Positions 1 to 11,905 of a stretch of DNA of 64,000 bases are shown piece after piece. The stretch is from Amoebidium appalachense. Lineage: Eukaryota > Protista > Ichthyosporea. A model generated the notes under the pieces. The model had not been told where the DNA came from and ran no database searches. It saw only the letters and a program-made list of their open reading frames with translations. The position numbers and the translations under genes are program-made. The number at the start of each line of letters is the position of its first letter. The first letter of the stretch is position 1. Location: contig CAVNZM010000011.1 in NCBI GenBank assembly GCA_963693365.1, positions 496,001 through 560,000 on the forward strand, given 5' to 3'.

Positions 1-449
1 ATGTGCGAAGGTCTCGACTAAATATTGCCGAATGACTGTTATATAATGTGTTCAGCACATTTGGTGGCATCTCTTAGATATGTATACGCCCAACACCTGA
101 CTCGAGGCTCGGTCTGACAATATGGCCTGAAACCAAAGTTTGTCTGCGGACTAGTACCCCATGTGCCTATTTTTTCTTCTAAAGCTCTATTGCTTTGACT
201 GTGGTATGACGTCAGACCCCGTAGATTGCACGTATGGAGCAAGGTATATGGTCCTTGGCCGGCCCTGGAAATGTGTCCCGAAAATAAATGATTCAGAGAC
301 ATCCTCGTTTTTCATAAAACACAATGAAAACATTTATAAATGACCGTGGAATATTTGTGTACATATCAACCGCGATGTTACAATTGCCCCCTTCCCCTCC
401 CCCCCTCCCCCCCCTCCCCCCCCCCCCCCCCCCCCGCGCCACGCGCGCG

Positions 450-493
<44 letters not shown>

Positions 494-1018
494 CGCACAC
501 ACACGCACACACACACGCCATCCTAGGGCCCCCGGAAGCGCTGGCACACGCACTCACGCGCACATATCATACACACAACTTTGCACACACACAAACAAAC
601 ACACCATAACAGACACACATGCACAAATTTACCCCTTTGCGCACGAGCGGATACTGGTTAATAGTAGGTATTAATCGTGTTAAGGGAGGGGGGGGGGGGG
701 GAGGGGGGGGAGGGAGAAGGATTCCAATTGCAAGCCTTACGAGTTTCAGTTCCTTCCTTGGCCCAGTGGGAGGGGGGGGGGGGGGGGGGTGAGAGTGTTC
801 CGGGGAGGGAGGGGGGGGGGGGGGGGGGGGGGGAGAAGGGGGAGGGGCTGAAAGGAATGGACTGTGGGACAATACATTTCAACAAGTTGAACTAAATAGT
901 ATTATTATTAGGCAAGACGTCAACATCAAAATCTCCCTTCAAATTGGTGGTTCCGGGGAAATCTTAGCCTCGATTTCATCAAACTGCTGATCTCGACTGG
1001 TCACGGTGACTGCCCTCT

Positions 1019-1055
<37 letters not shown>

Positions 1056-2784
1056 CCCCCGCCTCCCCGGGGCCTAGCTTCTTCTTCTCTCTGCCGGCCC
1101 AGCCTCCCGGACGCAACTTCTTCATCAAGGGAGAGTCGCGACTCAGCCTGCACGTAACTAGGCTACCGTGAGTGATACTACGATACTGATAATGCCCTGT
1201 ACGTACGCGTGTGATCATTTAGGCTAATCAAATGTGTGCGGTACTGTGCCACGGAGCTCGGACCAAGGCCTCCTAGATACAGCTGTATCTATTGTAGGAG
1301 GCCTTGGTCACGCGTGCGGACTCAGCCGCCGGCTGTCACGAATGCGGCTGTGTACGTGCTGTGGAGGGTGCAAGCACGTATGTGCACGTGGTGTGTGTGT
1401 CGTCATGATCATTATGCCGTAGAAGAAGGCTCGGCGTCTGCTGATATTAGTACTATTACACTAATAACTGAGACCCACAGAGAAGCTTTCAGAAGCCTTC
1501 AACTTGAAGAGGCTCATATGGCGGCATCGAACTTGACACTTGACGGACTATTGCCTTATTAAGGTGTACCTTAAGCGCCCGGCACGCTACGAGAGCTACG
1601 AACAGGAGAATGTTCCGTACGTCAGTTATGAGGTGTTCGGTGTCGACTGACAGTCGTCATTGCCGGATCACCAGGCCCAGCGGCCAGAGGGCCTCGGAGG
1701 GGAAGGCTGGAAGGGAGGGGGGGGGGGAGGGGGGGGGGGGCAGCTAGTCAGCTAGCTCAGTAACTTAGCCTACGGCAGTCAGCCTGCATGAGTCATGCGC
1801 GGCGCGGCCGCGGTCCTTCCTGGATTGGGAGTGGCCCACTGGGCTTGCCAATAGACCGGTTTAGAAATGATTTTTTTCAAATTCTGCCTTATATGGCTCA
1901 CCGGAACAATTCGAATCTTGTGATTGGTTGCGCCAAAAGTAAGTACCAGGTTAAGGGCCGCTCAGGCGGCGACAGGCCAAAATCTCAGACCGACAGCCTC
2001 TCAAAAGCAGTTAGGCCCCGATTTTACTTAGAAAGTTGGTTTTCGTCTAAGAAAGAGTTTTAGGAAATAAAAGGCGCGCAAAAATGATATAAGCAGTCGG
2101 GGTGCTCCGACAACGCCTACATCGCTAAAATCATCAAAACCCGTCTTGCATAGCCTACTCTTACCACCTTGCAATTGCCTCGAGGTCGATCGTCTATTTA
2201 TGGTTTTTGCCTGTTTTCGCTACGAAATAGGCGCCGGACACCCCATGTTGCTTATACAAGAATTGCTTGTCGCTTTGTTTATCAAGTTATTTATTAATAG
2301 AACAAAACCCCCTTTCTATTCAAATTATTGATTTTAAGCATTATAAGCAGGATTTGGCATATGACCGCCGATCACTCAGCCCTTCATTTTGCCAGTTCGG
2401 CTGGCTGGATCTCCCTAGAGCGAAGCACACATTGAGATTCTCAATTAGTAAATCTGAATTGGTCTATGGGCTATGGCACACTCGCATTCTCTCGCGCTCA
2501 ATTTTATTGCACAGCCAATCGCATTGCCTGGCTTTTGGCTTAGCTTGCCAAATATGGTTTGCGTTATGGTTTATGGTTCCCCTTTTTAGAAGCCCCAGAA
2601 CGGACCAATCAAAAGTGGTTATAGTACGCACTTCGCATTCCACGGCATCAACACAGGTCATCGCCATCAGCATGCAAGAAGGAGCTGCTTGTCCCACTGT
2701 TAATGAAATGGAGGGCCACAAATTAGTAGGCTCTAATCTCGCACACAAAGCAGCACAACTTTTTCAGCGTCTGCAATCTCTCTG

Positions 2785-2998
2785 ATGAGTCATCTTCGTA
2801 TAAGAGGCCCCTGCGAACCGGGGATTTTCTTGACGTCACCAGACTTCCATTTTAGATTTTATCGACCTAACTTGGAAGTTGGGAGTTGACCGCGCAGCCA
2901 ATGATTGGGCGGCAATACCGTGGAATGTTCGTCAGATTTTAGATTGACGGTCAGACGGTGCGTGTGTGGATTGGTGTGTGCATTATGGCACTGAGTCA
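2785..2998 (+). promoter_or_regulatory. Putative promoter of the cyclin gene with bZIP sites and CCAAT boxes
   Basis: ATGAGTCAT 2785-2793, TGACGTCA 2831-2838, CCAAT/ATTGG 2898-2908 and TGAGTCA 2992-2998, in CpG-rich DNA just upstream of the cyclin exons. Confidence 0.45.
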
Positions 2999-3374
2999 AC
3001 TGACTCCACTGAGTGTCCGGTGGTGCTTGTAGTTGCTGTTATAACAGAGCAGTTGCGTGCGAACAGCATGCCTATAGTTAGGGTTGTTCATGTGCGTAAG
3101 AGATTCACTGCGTTCCTTGTCTAAGTGAAGCAGGACGCAAGGCCCCGGTCCAGTCACTTAACATCATCCCCATAACAAATCAAGACGAACAGATTGCACT
3201 GGCAGAAGTAGATGAGAGCAAACACAAGACCCACATCGGTGTACCTTGCAGTGTACCCTGCAGTATGGTGTATTAGCAGCCACACGCATCGCAAGAAAAG
3301 AAGACCCGCAGCTCTAGGCGCGGAAAGATTAAGCAGTCGTCCTGCTCTCTCGTTAATAGTGCTCAGCACCCCAG

Positions 3375-4641
3375 ATCTGCGCCATGCACCCATACGCGGT
3401 AGCCCCGGGGGCCAGTGCCCGCTATGACGTGGGTTGCAAGGCCCACGCAGAAACTCTGTCGGCCTTCACCACTACCGTGCTGCTGCGCTCAAAGGTAGGC
3501 CACGTGCATAATTAGTTCCTTGTGGCTGGGACAAGATCCCGCTGGGATCTGCATGGGATCTGGATATGGGCCAATGTCATCTGCCTATCACCCTTTTTGG
3601 ATCTGGTTTTTATTTCAAGGAAGGTGATGCCAGGGCACCCACTGACAATGCCGTGACTTTAGGTGTCCCGCACGGTGCTCATAGTGTCTCTCATCTACCT
3701 AAGAAGAGCACTGCGCCTCAACCCGGGCTTGCCCGTACCCTGCCCCCACTGCCTGATGGTGGCCTGCATGGTAAAGCCCCCCTCCCGCTCCCTCCTCCCC
3801 TCTCTCACTTCCCCCCCCCCCCCCCCCCCCCCCCTGCCCATCCGGAGCCTACTTACCGCATTACAATGTGGCCTTGAGATGTTCACGGGGCCTCGGAAAT
3901 ACGCCTCTTGCAGCTCACGAAGACGATCCTGCTGTTGGGATTATATTGCTGCCAGCGAATGGCCCGTGTATTTTCCCCAGGCTGCTCGGTGCAGGTCGAC
4001 GTCGCAATTATTTTGTAGCATGCACAAGAACATATCAATTACCCAAAGCCCTTTTACTGAACATATGTATCCTCTTGGCACCACAGATGCTCGGTTCCAA
4101 GTATGTCGAGGACTGGGCACCAGGCGTGGGCTTGTGGGCGGGCTGGACGGGGACATCACGTGACCTGCTGGCAGCCAATGAAATCGTCCTGTTAAAGGCA
4201 CTGACGTTCTCTTTGGGGGTAGACCAAAGCGAATTTATGGTGCTGGCCGACGAGATATTCGGCAAGGTCGACTCCCCCCACCCACAGAACGAGTCTGTGC
4301 ACGTGTACCTGGACCTGATTCAGACGGCCATCAGGGCTCACGCCTCCACTCTGTCACTGATCCGCGCCCTATCCACCGAGAGATATCAATTTGCGCCCAT
4401 CAGACCATCCTTGCCAGAAAATATCCCCCACCTCACACTCGATATGCTGCTGCAGAGGTGCGAGCTATCAGGCGGCAATGCTACAGGGGGGAGCCCAGAT
4501 CGGGGATCCTCGCTTACGGTGAAAGTGGAGAGGTTTTCGCCGTATTTTGTGCCTCCTCGGCCACCAGTGCACAGTCACCATCATATGCCCCCGTATGCCG
4601 TCACCAGAAGAGTGTCGGTGCAATGTAGGGGTGATTGCTAG
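3375..4641 (+). CDS. Pho80/Pcl-type cyclin (spliced; first exon(s) uncertain, in ~3068-3270)
   Basis: Phase-0 GT-AG exons 3375-3494, 3663-3770 and 4087-4641 join to ...LSAFTTTVLLRSK|VSRTVLIVSLIYLRRALRLNPG...LMVACM|MLGSKYVEDW...WAGWTG...LLAANEIVLLKALTFSL, the cyclin-box pattern of Pho80/Pcl cyclins. Confidence 0.75.
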
Positions 4642-4804
4642 CACACTGTCGAGTGTACGTGCACACACACCTTCTCACACATCCACACACACAAATACAC
4701 AATCCCTGGTGCACACACACACACACATGTGTACACACACACCTACACGCACACACACAAACACGCGCGCGCGCGCATACACACACACACACACACACAC
4801 ACCG

Positions 4805-4841
<37 letters not shown>

Positions 4842-5860
4842 GACAGAAAATCACAGACACACACCTAAACCTTGCCCAGACATCCACAGTCCTCGAGAGT
4901 GCACAGTATTTATGACTCAGAGCACTGTGCAGCACTATGCAGGTGGCCAAATTTCACCAGATTACGGATGGTGTACCGCCATGTGAATTAATTTCAAAGG
5001 CAACAAAGAATAGACAAATAAGATCCGAAGCAGGCCGTGGCTTGGCCTCCACCCTTTCTTGTACATTTGATAGCGTGATGTATTAGTAACATTATAAACC
5101 TAGCAGCTGAACATGAATCTCTCCCTCGACCATATGGCCGTCTCCCATATTATTGTGTGTGGCGACAGCACGGTGAGGCGGGTCTTCCCCACAGAAGATT
5201 ATGATTAGTTCCTGCACACTGATTGGATGAGTGGCACCGCTGGCGGTGTCGAAATAAATTAAAACAGTTAAAATGCTTATAATGGGCAGCCGGTGTTGCA
5301 GCATGCAATCTTTTCTTTCTCCTCTCTCCTTTTCCATCCAACTGCAGACCAGGGGCTACATTATAAATGCTGATATTGATATTTGAACGTGTCCAAAGTT
5401 TCAAGATCAGGCTGTCATATATGCCATTTAACTTCTACACGCTTAAAAGCTTCTGTCGAGGAGCTTTAAAAGCATGTACTTTCCTCACTTTTGCATTCGT
5501 ATATCATACTAACGCAATAACATCACACCAGATACGTTGCTACGAGGCCTATCTGCCCACAAAATACATCCGAAAATGTCAATATCACCAAAGCTTTTAG
5601 TTTTACTACGGGTGTGGAATATTCCTAGCATAGTTTGTAATCGTGGCGGGTAGCTGTGATCATAAAATTGCGTAAGGAAGGTACACTTGGACTGCCATAT
5701 GGCGATGCAACACTGGCACAACACAAGAAATATTTGCTCGGTCATACAGGTGGAGGGGTGAGTGTGTGATCCCTTACGTGGGTGACTCATGATATGGTGG
5801 CCGGTGGGGTTGTGGGGCCCGGGTGGGGTAGGGTGGGGTCGCGTGTTTTTTTCTTTTTTT

Positions 5861-5916
<56 letters not shown>

Positions 5917-6665
5917 TGTGCATGTTTGGCATATCACTCATGCCAAATATTCACCCACACGGTTGGTAATATCAAGTTTTGATTGGCCGGAGCACCTCAA
6001 CCCCTGTTGCATCTTCACCTGGCCAGTTTTGCATTCCTGGGACCTATTTCATATTTCGAGATCTAAGTGGCCTTCCATTCTTTGTTTGCAGTTGCAACCA
6101 TTCTCAGTGCTTCTGAAAGAACATGGGCGATTTTGGCATTAAAAGGAAAATCTAGTTGGATATCCTGTATATCCACCACGGTGACCTTCAGTTGCAATTG
6201 TGTGCAGGTGGTGCTTATTTGTTATTTTCTTACAACTCGCAACAGTCAGCGCTTGCAGAGTCAGATTTATCCCTCGGACTGGCACGGGCCGTGACTCACA
6301 TCCGAGTTAAGTTTCCGGGCAACCTATTTTCAGCTCGTCCACATATCCCCTCGTATTAATTACAATGCTTTAGATATACGGAAAATAGACAAGTGCGAGG
6401 AATATTCTGTGCCAAATCATCATAACTGACAATGATTAAAACCTCTTCATGGTCCTGATCAGTTCCAGAGGCGGTCGCTCAGACTCGGCTTACGTATGCC
6501 ATAAGGGGCCTCTTGGACTCCATTACAGTATCATGCGCTTTCCGTATAAAGAAACCAACACGCCAAGTCGATGGACACGTATACACCGAGTCTAGGACCG
6601 ACACCTCAAAACAAGTCATCATCAACTGTGTGTGTGTGGTCGTGTGTGTGTGCGTGCGTACATAC

Positions 6666-6697
<32 letters not shown>

Positions 6698-6703
6698 CAT
6701 GTG

Positions 6704-6753
<50 letters not shown>

Positions 6754-6983
6754 TTGTAATTTGTGCAAGTGCGCCCATGCAGGTGTATGCGCACGTGACA
6801 CTGTGTGTTTGTACATGCATGCTTTGTGTGCGTGGGCACGTATGTGTTCGTATATGGTGTGTGGTTGTGTGAAGGCGCTTGCGTGTGCCATGCTTGTGTA
6901 TCATGGGCGCGTGTACATCGGTGTATGTGGGTATGTGTCTATTAGAACTGTGTGTGTGTCTGTGTGTTTGTGTGTGTGGTGGC

Positions 6984-7020
<37 letters not shown>

Positions 7021-7258
7021 GACGGTGTGTGTGTGTGCGTGCGTGTGTGTGTGTGTGTGCGCGTGTGTACGTGCGTGCGCGCACACATGCGTGTGTGTGT
7101 GTGTGCGTACATGCCCGTACTGCTGATGTTTGGCGACGTCGACAAGCACATGTCTGCACTATCGTGGCATTTTGTGACTGTTGTATCGTACAGCTTGATC
7201 GCGCTGAATCAGAATTGCCATGTTTGGGGGTGCCACCGGGCGGTAGGGGGGGAGAAAA

Positions 7259-7304
<46 letters not shown>

Positions 7305-8285
7305 CTTCTTTCCCTTTTTCTTGCTCTTGCTCTCTTACACACACACACACACACAGTCTCTCCCTCTCTCTCTTTCTTTCTTTCTTTCTTTTTTTTTTCA
7401 ACAGTGTGTTGGGGAGGGGGGAGGTTGTTGAATGGCTTTTCCTTTCTGCCCTATCAACCCTAGCCCAAATCTCGAAACCAACATCTACATAATTAGTTGC
7501 GAGTCTGGTCAGCCCCTCGCCTTCGCTGAGCAATCCGGGGTCGGAAAAGTAACTACTTCTCACAGAATGTAAATTTGAAGCCAAACGGGGGGAGTGGGGG
7601 TGGGGGGGTTGTTGCCGTTATAGCATTAGACAAATAGGTTGCTGCAGAGTCTGACTGAAAAATTTCGAAGAGGGCAAAACCGTGCAGAACAGTTTAGGAG
7701 GTGTGCAATAGTCATTCGTTATCTTTAATATGTCAACAGATCATAGCTGTGGCTGTGTGTGCTTGCAAACACACACAGTGACCAGACGAGCAAAAAGGGA
7801 GCCACTTCACAGACACTGCAAGGCCTGGCAGGAAAATATCTCCAGGCAAAAACACCCCTAATATAAATCACGTGCTCCAATATCATCCTATATATCTTTC
7901 AACAAAAACTGTTTATGTGGGTAACATAAAATCTTATCACAAAACGCAACGGGAAAAGGAAAGTGTTAAAGCCAGGTAGCAAAAAAAAAAACACCCAAGA
8001 ACAGGAACCAAACACTAGTAGAAAAACAAACAAGCAGCCAGTGCCTGTTGTTCGATAAGTTCAGAAAACAACGGATATTCGAGGGCATCGCGTAGCACAG
8101 GTTCGTTGTATATATGGATTTAAAATACTTACAGCTTCAAAAAAATGCTTGTATGTGCAGAAAATGTCTTACGTGCAGTATTTCAGTCATGGAGTGCGAA
8201 TATCATGCAATACTCGTTACCAGTTGAGCAGCCCACCTCCTTACCTCGCCCACCGATCCTTCTGCATATTTCCACCACCGACTAT

Positions 8286-9389
8286 CTACACTCGCGCGGT
8301 ATCATCAGCCCCGGGGGCCACAGGGTTTGGCCGGGGCAACAGTGCCCGTGAGGTTGGTGGCCGAGGCTTTGCCGGCAGGGCACGAGACGGGGGCGGTGGT
8401 GGAGGTGGGTTGAAGCGCAGTGCGGCGGCGCCGGACTGCAGCAGGCCGGTGATGTATGTGACCACGTGGCCGGCAAACTGGCTGGCGCTGGCGGCCGGCT
8501 GCTGCTGCATGGTGGCCAGGGCGCACTGCAGCACGTGCTGGCGCAGGTAGTGCACCTCGGCCTCAAGGCAGCGGATCTGCCCCCGCAGCTGCTCGGCCTC
8601 CTCCGTCTTGCCGCACACAAACGCGTCCAGCCGCGCACGCTCCTGCTTCTTGCGCTCCCGTGCCCGTGCACTCTCCTGTCGGCACTTCTCTAGCTGCTCT
8701 CGGGTGCGTGGCCTCCGTGGCTGCGGCCGGCCCTTGCCTGCAGGCCGCTCGCTGCCGCTGTCCGTGTGGAGCTCGCTGTCGCTGTCGGCCGTCTTCTGGC
8801 GCTTGGTACTGCTGGGCGGCAGCAGCGACATGGCCTGTGCTGCCCGTTTGACCGTCGACGAGAAGGCCTCCTGGATGCGCGCACCTGCTGCTGACGCCTT
8901 TGCAGACGCAGCGGCAAGCGGGTTGACCAGGGGCACACTGGGCAGCTGGGGAAAGTGCGGCATCTGGGGCAACTGGGGGAAGTGGGGCATATTGGGCAGG
9001 CTGGGGAGGGGAAACTGGGGAAACTGGGGCAGTTGGGGGAACTGGGGTAGCTGAGGGAACTGGGGCATAGGGAAGGGAAAGTATGCTGACGCCGTTCCAG
9101 GCGGGGATGGAGACACCAGTGGCTGTGCCAATACCTCCGCTGGGCCTGTGGCTGGAGGCGCCATGGCTTGTGGGGCAGGCGGAGACGGGCCTACGTCTGT
9201 TGGTGAGGGCAGGGTGGAAAGGCCGCTTGGTGTGGGTGGAGCACTGCCGTCGGGACTTTCTATGTTGCTGTCTTGCGCAGAGGAGAAGAGCCACGGGAAC
9301 GTGTGCCTAAACGTACCCGAGTGCTCCTCATATTCGTTGTAGGAGGCCAGCGTGGAGAAGAACGTCAGGCCCGAAGGCGGGGGCAGCAT
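8286..9389 (-). CDS. bZIP transcription factor, ATF4/ATF5-like zipper, with a PQ(F/L) repeat; true start may be 9561
   Basis: Basic region plus zipper EQLEKCRQESARARERKKQERARL...L...LEAEVHYLRQ aligns by eye with the ATF4 pattern (R.R.KK.E...L...EIQYL). First in-frame ATG is 9389. An upstream ATG ORF (9561-9415) is out of frame by one base at a C7 run. Confidence 0.8.
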   Translation of the reverse strand: MLPPPSGLTFFSTLASYNEYEEHSGTFRHTFPWLFSSAQDSNIESPDGSAPPTPSGLSTLPSPTDVGPSPPAPQAMAPPATGPAEVLAQPLVSPSPPGTASAYFPFPMPQFPQLPQFPQLPQFPQFPLPSLPNMPHFPQLPQMPHFPQLPSVPLVNPLAAASAKASAAGARIQEAFSSTVKRAAQAMSLLPPSSTKRQKTADSDSELHTDSGSERPAGKGRPQPRRPRTREQLEKCRQESARARERKKQERARLDAFVCGKTEEAEQLRGQIRCLEAEVHYLRQHVLQCALATMQQQPAASASQFAGHVVTYITGLLQSGAAALRFNPPPPPPPSRALPAKPRPPTSRALLPRPNPVAPGADDTARV

Positions 9390-11170
9390 ATCAAAGTCTA
9401 GGTTGTTAAGGAGGTCAGAGGCCTCGCTCTGGGGGGGTGGCCGGCCCTGACTCACCCTCCGTGCCGTCCGACAGCACAGACGGCGCACGCTGCTGCGTTA
9501 ACACGTCCACAACGGACACGGGCGGGGAGGTTTGCGTTTCCTTCATGTTGGATAGAACCATTCTGTCGCGTTTCGCCTAGAAAAGAGGTAATCGGCAAAG
9601 CGTAAAAACTATAGAAGAGAGGTGCAGAACTAGCACGCTGCCGCAAAGGCAGACTTATAAGGAACTGTTAGAAAAAAGCATTCCCTAATTTTTGCTATAG
9701 GGTTCTTTTGTTCTATATGCGCTGAGAGCCTGTTTAAGATAAGGCGAAGGAAAGGCGAAGCGCAACCGCTTTCAACGCTATCCACGTAGTGGCGTGAGTT
9801 GAACTACCAGCAAAAAAAGGGAGGGCTTCGTCCGTTTCCCAGAGTTTAGTTTCTCGAGAAGAACAGCTGCTCGCAACAAGGCCCTCGTACGACGACAAAC
9901 TGCTATACAAATTGCTTGCCAGGGTATGATGTCAGTGTGTTACGTCTTCGTAAACCAAACACGGCAAGTAAAAAACGGAGTACGGGGGCTACAAAAAGAA
10001 AAAAAAGAAACCGGAGGATCATCGATAGACGGCCGGTCGGTTGTGGACCCGGCCAAGCGCCGCAGCGCGCGGCGCCTGTGAGCAAAAAAACTGGCGCATG
10101 GCAGCAGCGTGATGTAAGGCCAATCATAATGTCGCAAGGCTGGGATGTTGTATTGTTATTTTATTATCACAACCACTATGAATCCCGGAATCTTAGTATT
10201 TTCTTCTTCATTAAACACTATAGCTAAATCTGTATATATTTTTTGAGGAAGAAAAAAATATCTGCCATTGTACTTGGACTATCCACCTTGAAAGCGCATG
10301 ACCTTGTACGCATTAGACATCCGTCTCGTCTCGTGGATAACAAAAGATTTCAGGTAGGCCTATGGAGCGCGGACCACGGACGGCGGCCATGTATTTTTTC
10401 GTTTAGTACAAAAACTCTTGAAAAATAAACGGAAAATAATTTATCCATTTTTTTTAAATACACCAACTAAGTATACTCTTTGTAGTGAGCTTGATAGTTG
10501 TTCAACGCTGCGATAGCTGTGCAATCCAGTGTGCATGCAGCGCGCCGCATACCAAATTGTACCCAAGGTGAGAGCCGAGAGGGTCAAATTCTTTAGTTCG
10601 GTTACATCCATCTTTTGAAACTGTAAGAATAGACAGCTTCTTAATCATCCGTTGTTACAAGAAAATTTTTTTTTATAAAATTAAATACACTTATTGTTTT
10701 TTGCGTGGGGGCATCTTTTGTGCATTTACTACAACCGCAGTATATACCAGCAATGTGATTTACCCATCTCTGATCTTAATCCATGTGGCGATGTCGTTTT
10801 CCAATCAGAATGAGCCAGCTCTTTGTGCGTAATGCCGGCAACTTGGCAAGCCTCGTCAAAAAAACCAAAAAAGCTGTGCAGTGCGCACTGTCCGACTGTT
10901 CATATGCCTTGTTCGAATTCGGCCCCGAGGTTTACACGGTCTGCTTTTTGGGAATTCCCCTGAGCTGGCTTCTGTGCACTGTAATACCCACGCACACATG
11001 CATATATTTTTGCCAAGTTTTATCAAGTTTTCGGCTTCAGAAGCGCAACGAGTGTGTGGGAGGCTTGCTGCGTGTATGTTGTTTGTGTCTTCAGTCCTCA
11101 TCGCTGTCTCAGTCTGTTGCAACCGGCGCAGTGTGGTCGTTTTTCACGTAGATGCCAAGGGATTATCAGT

Positions 11171-11905
11171 ATGGGATCAGGAGACGTTATTAAGCTCGTA
11201 GTTGGCGGGGTTCCATTTTTACTGGAGAGGAAGGTAGTGGACAGAATGGGAAGTGGATTTCTAACAAAGCTTGTAGACCCAGACATACCTTTTTTGGAGA
11301 GAGGTGCCAGCGAACTGCACGTGTACGCTGATCCAGCAGCCTTCTCTTCGATTCTTCACTTTTTTCGTTTCAACGAGCTCCCCGATTTCTGTTTGTTGGA
11401 GCCGACAGATGTAGCTGTAAAGAATAAGCAAAGGGAATTCCTGGAGCAGGCAGGGTTCTGGTGCGTTGTAGACCGAATAGAGGAGGCTATGCACCGCCTT
11501 AGAGAAACCAAGAATAGACAAACCAGTATTAGCGTCAGAGGGGCTTTTAATAGACGAAAGAGTGAGCTGAAAGTAGCTTTGGAGCAGAGCAGACACCACA
11601 ACCAGCGTGAGACAGACGGGCAGGGCAATGTATACTGTGCAGACTGTGGCAACCGCGACTTTGTGACCCGGGTGACGGAGGAGAGGCGCTACGACGTGGC
11701 TAGTGGCACGTGGGTGCAAACCCGCTACGGCACATGCCGCCACTGCAGCAAGCAGATATTCTACGCACGTGACCTGGGCTACTGCCACAAGTGCCACGCC
11801 TGCAGGGCCTGCCAGCTACAAGAGTGTCCCAACCAAGCCCAGACTGGAGGCGGGGGACCGTCGGCCTGGGATGTGGCCCTGACCAGCATACTCTCTGACT
11901 TGTAG
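11171..11905 (+). CDS. Intronless BTB/POZ (KCTD/T1-type) protein with C-terminal Cys-rich putative zinc-binding domain, 244 aa
   Basis: VIKLVVGGVPF...FLTKLV...YADPAAFSSILHFFR...EQAGFW is typical of T1-type BTB domains. The C-terminus has CADC, CRHC and CHKCHACRAC...C. Confidence 0.8.
   Translation: MGSGDVIKLVVGGVPFLLERKVVDRMGSGFLTKLVDPDIPFLERGASELHVYADPAAFSSILHFFRFNELPDFCLLEPTDVAVKNKQREFLEQAGFWCVVDRIEEAMHRLRETKNRQTSISVRGAFNRRKSELKVALEQSRHHNQRETDGQGNVYCADCGNRDFVTRVTEERRYDVASGTWVQTRYGTCRHCSKQIFYARDLGYCHKCHACRACQLQECPNQAQTGGGGPSAWDVALTSILSDL

Noticed and set aside
2267-2785. 172-aa ORF and its antisense ORF
   Set aside because: No recognisable motif, non-ATG start, promoter-like context.
5846-5915. 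TnGn tracts as interstitial telomere repeats
   Set aside because: These are single long runs, not a periodic telomeric unit.
6060-6216. Protein-like minus-strand stretch (LKVTVVDIQDIQLDFPFNAKIAHVLSEALR)
   Set aside because: Short, no recognisable family, and no supportable exon chain.
9429-9455. Tiny GT-AG intron or HAC1/XBP1-type splice fixing the bZIP frame
   Set aside because: The candidate is 27 nt, so it would not change frame. No IRE1-type stem-loops were recognised and the position is upstream of the bZIP.
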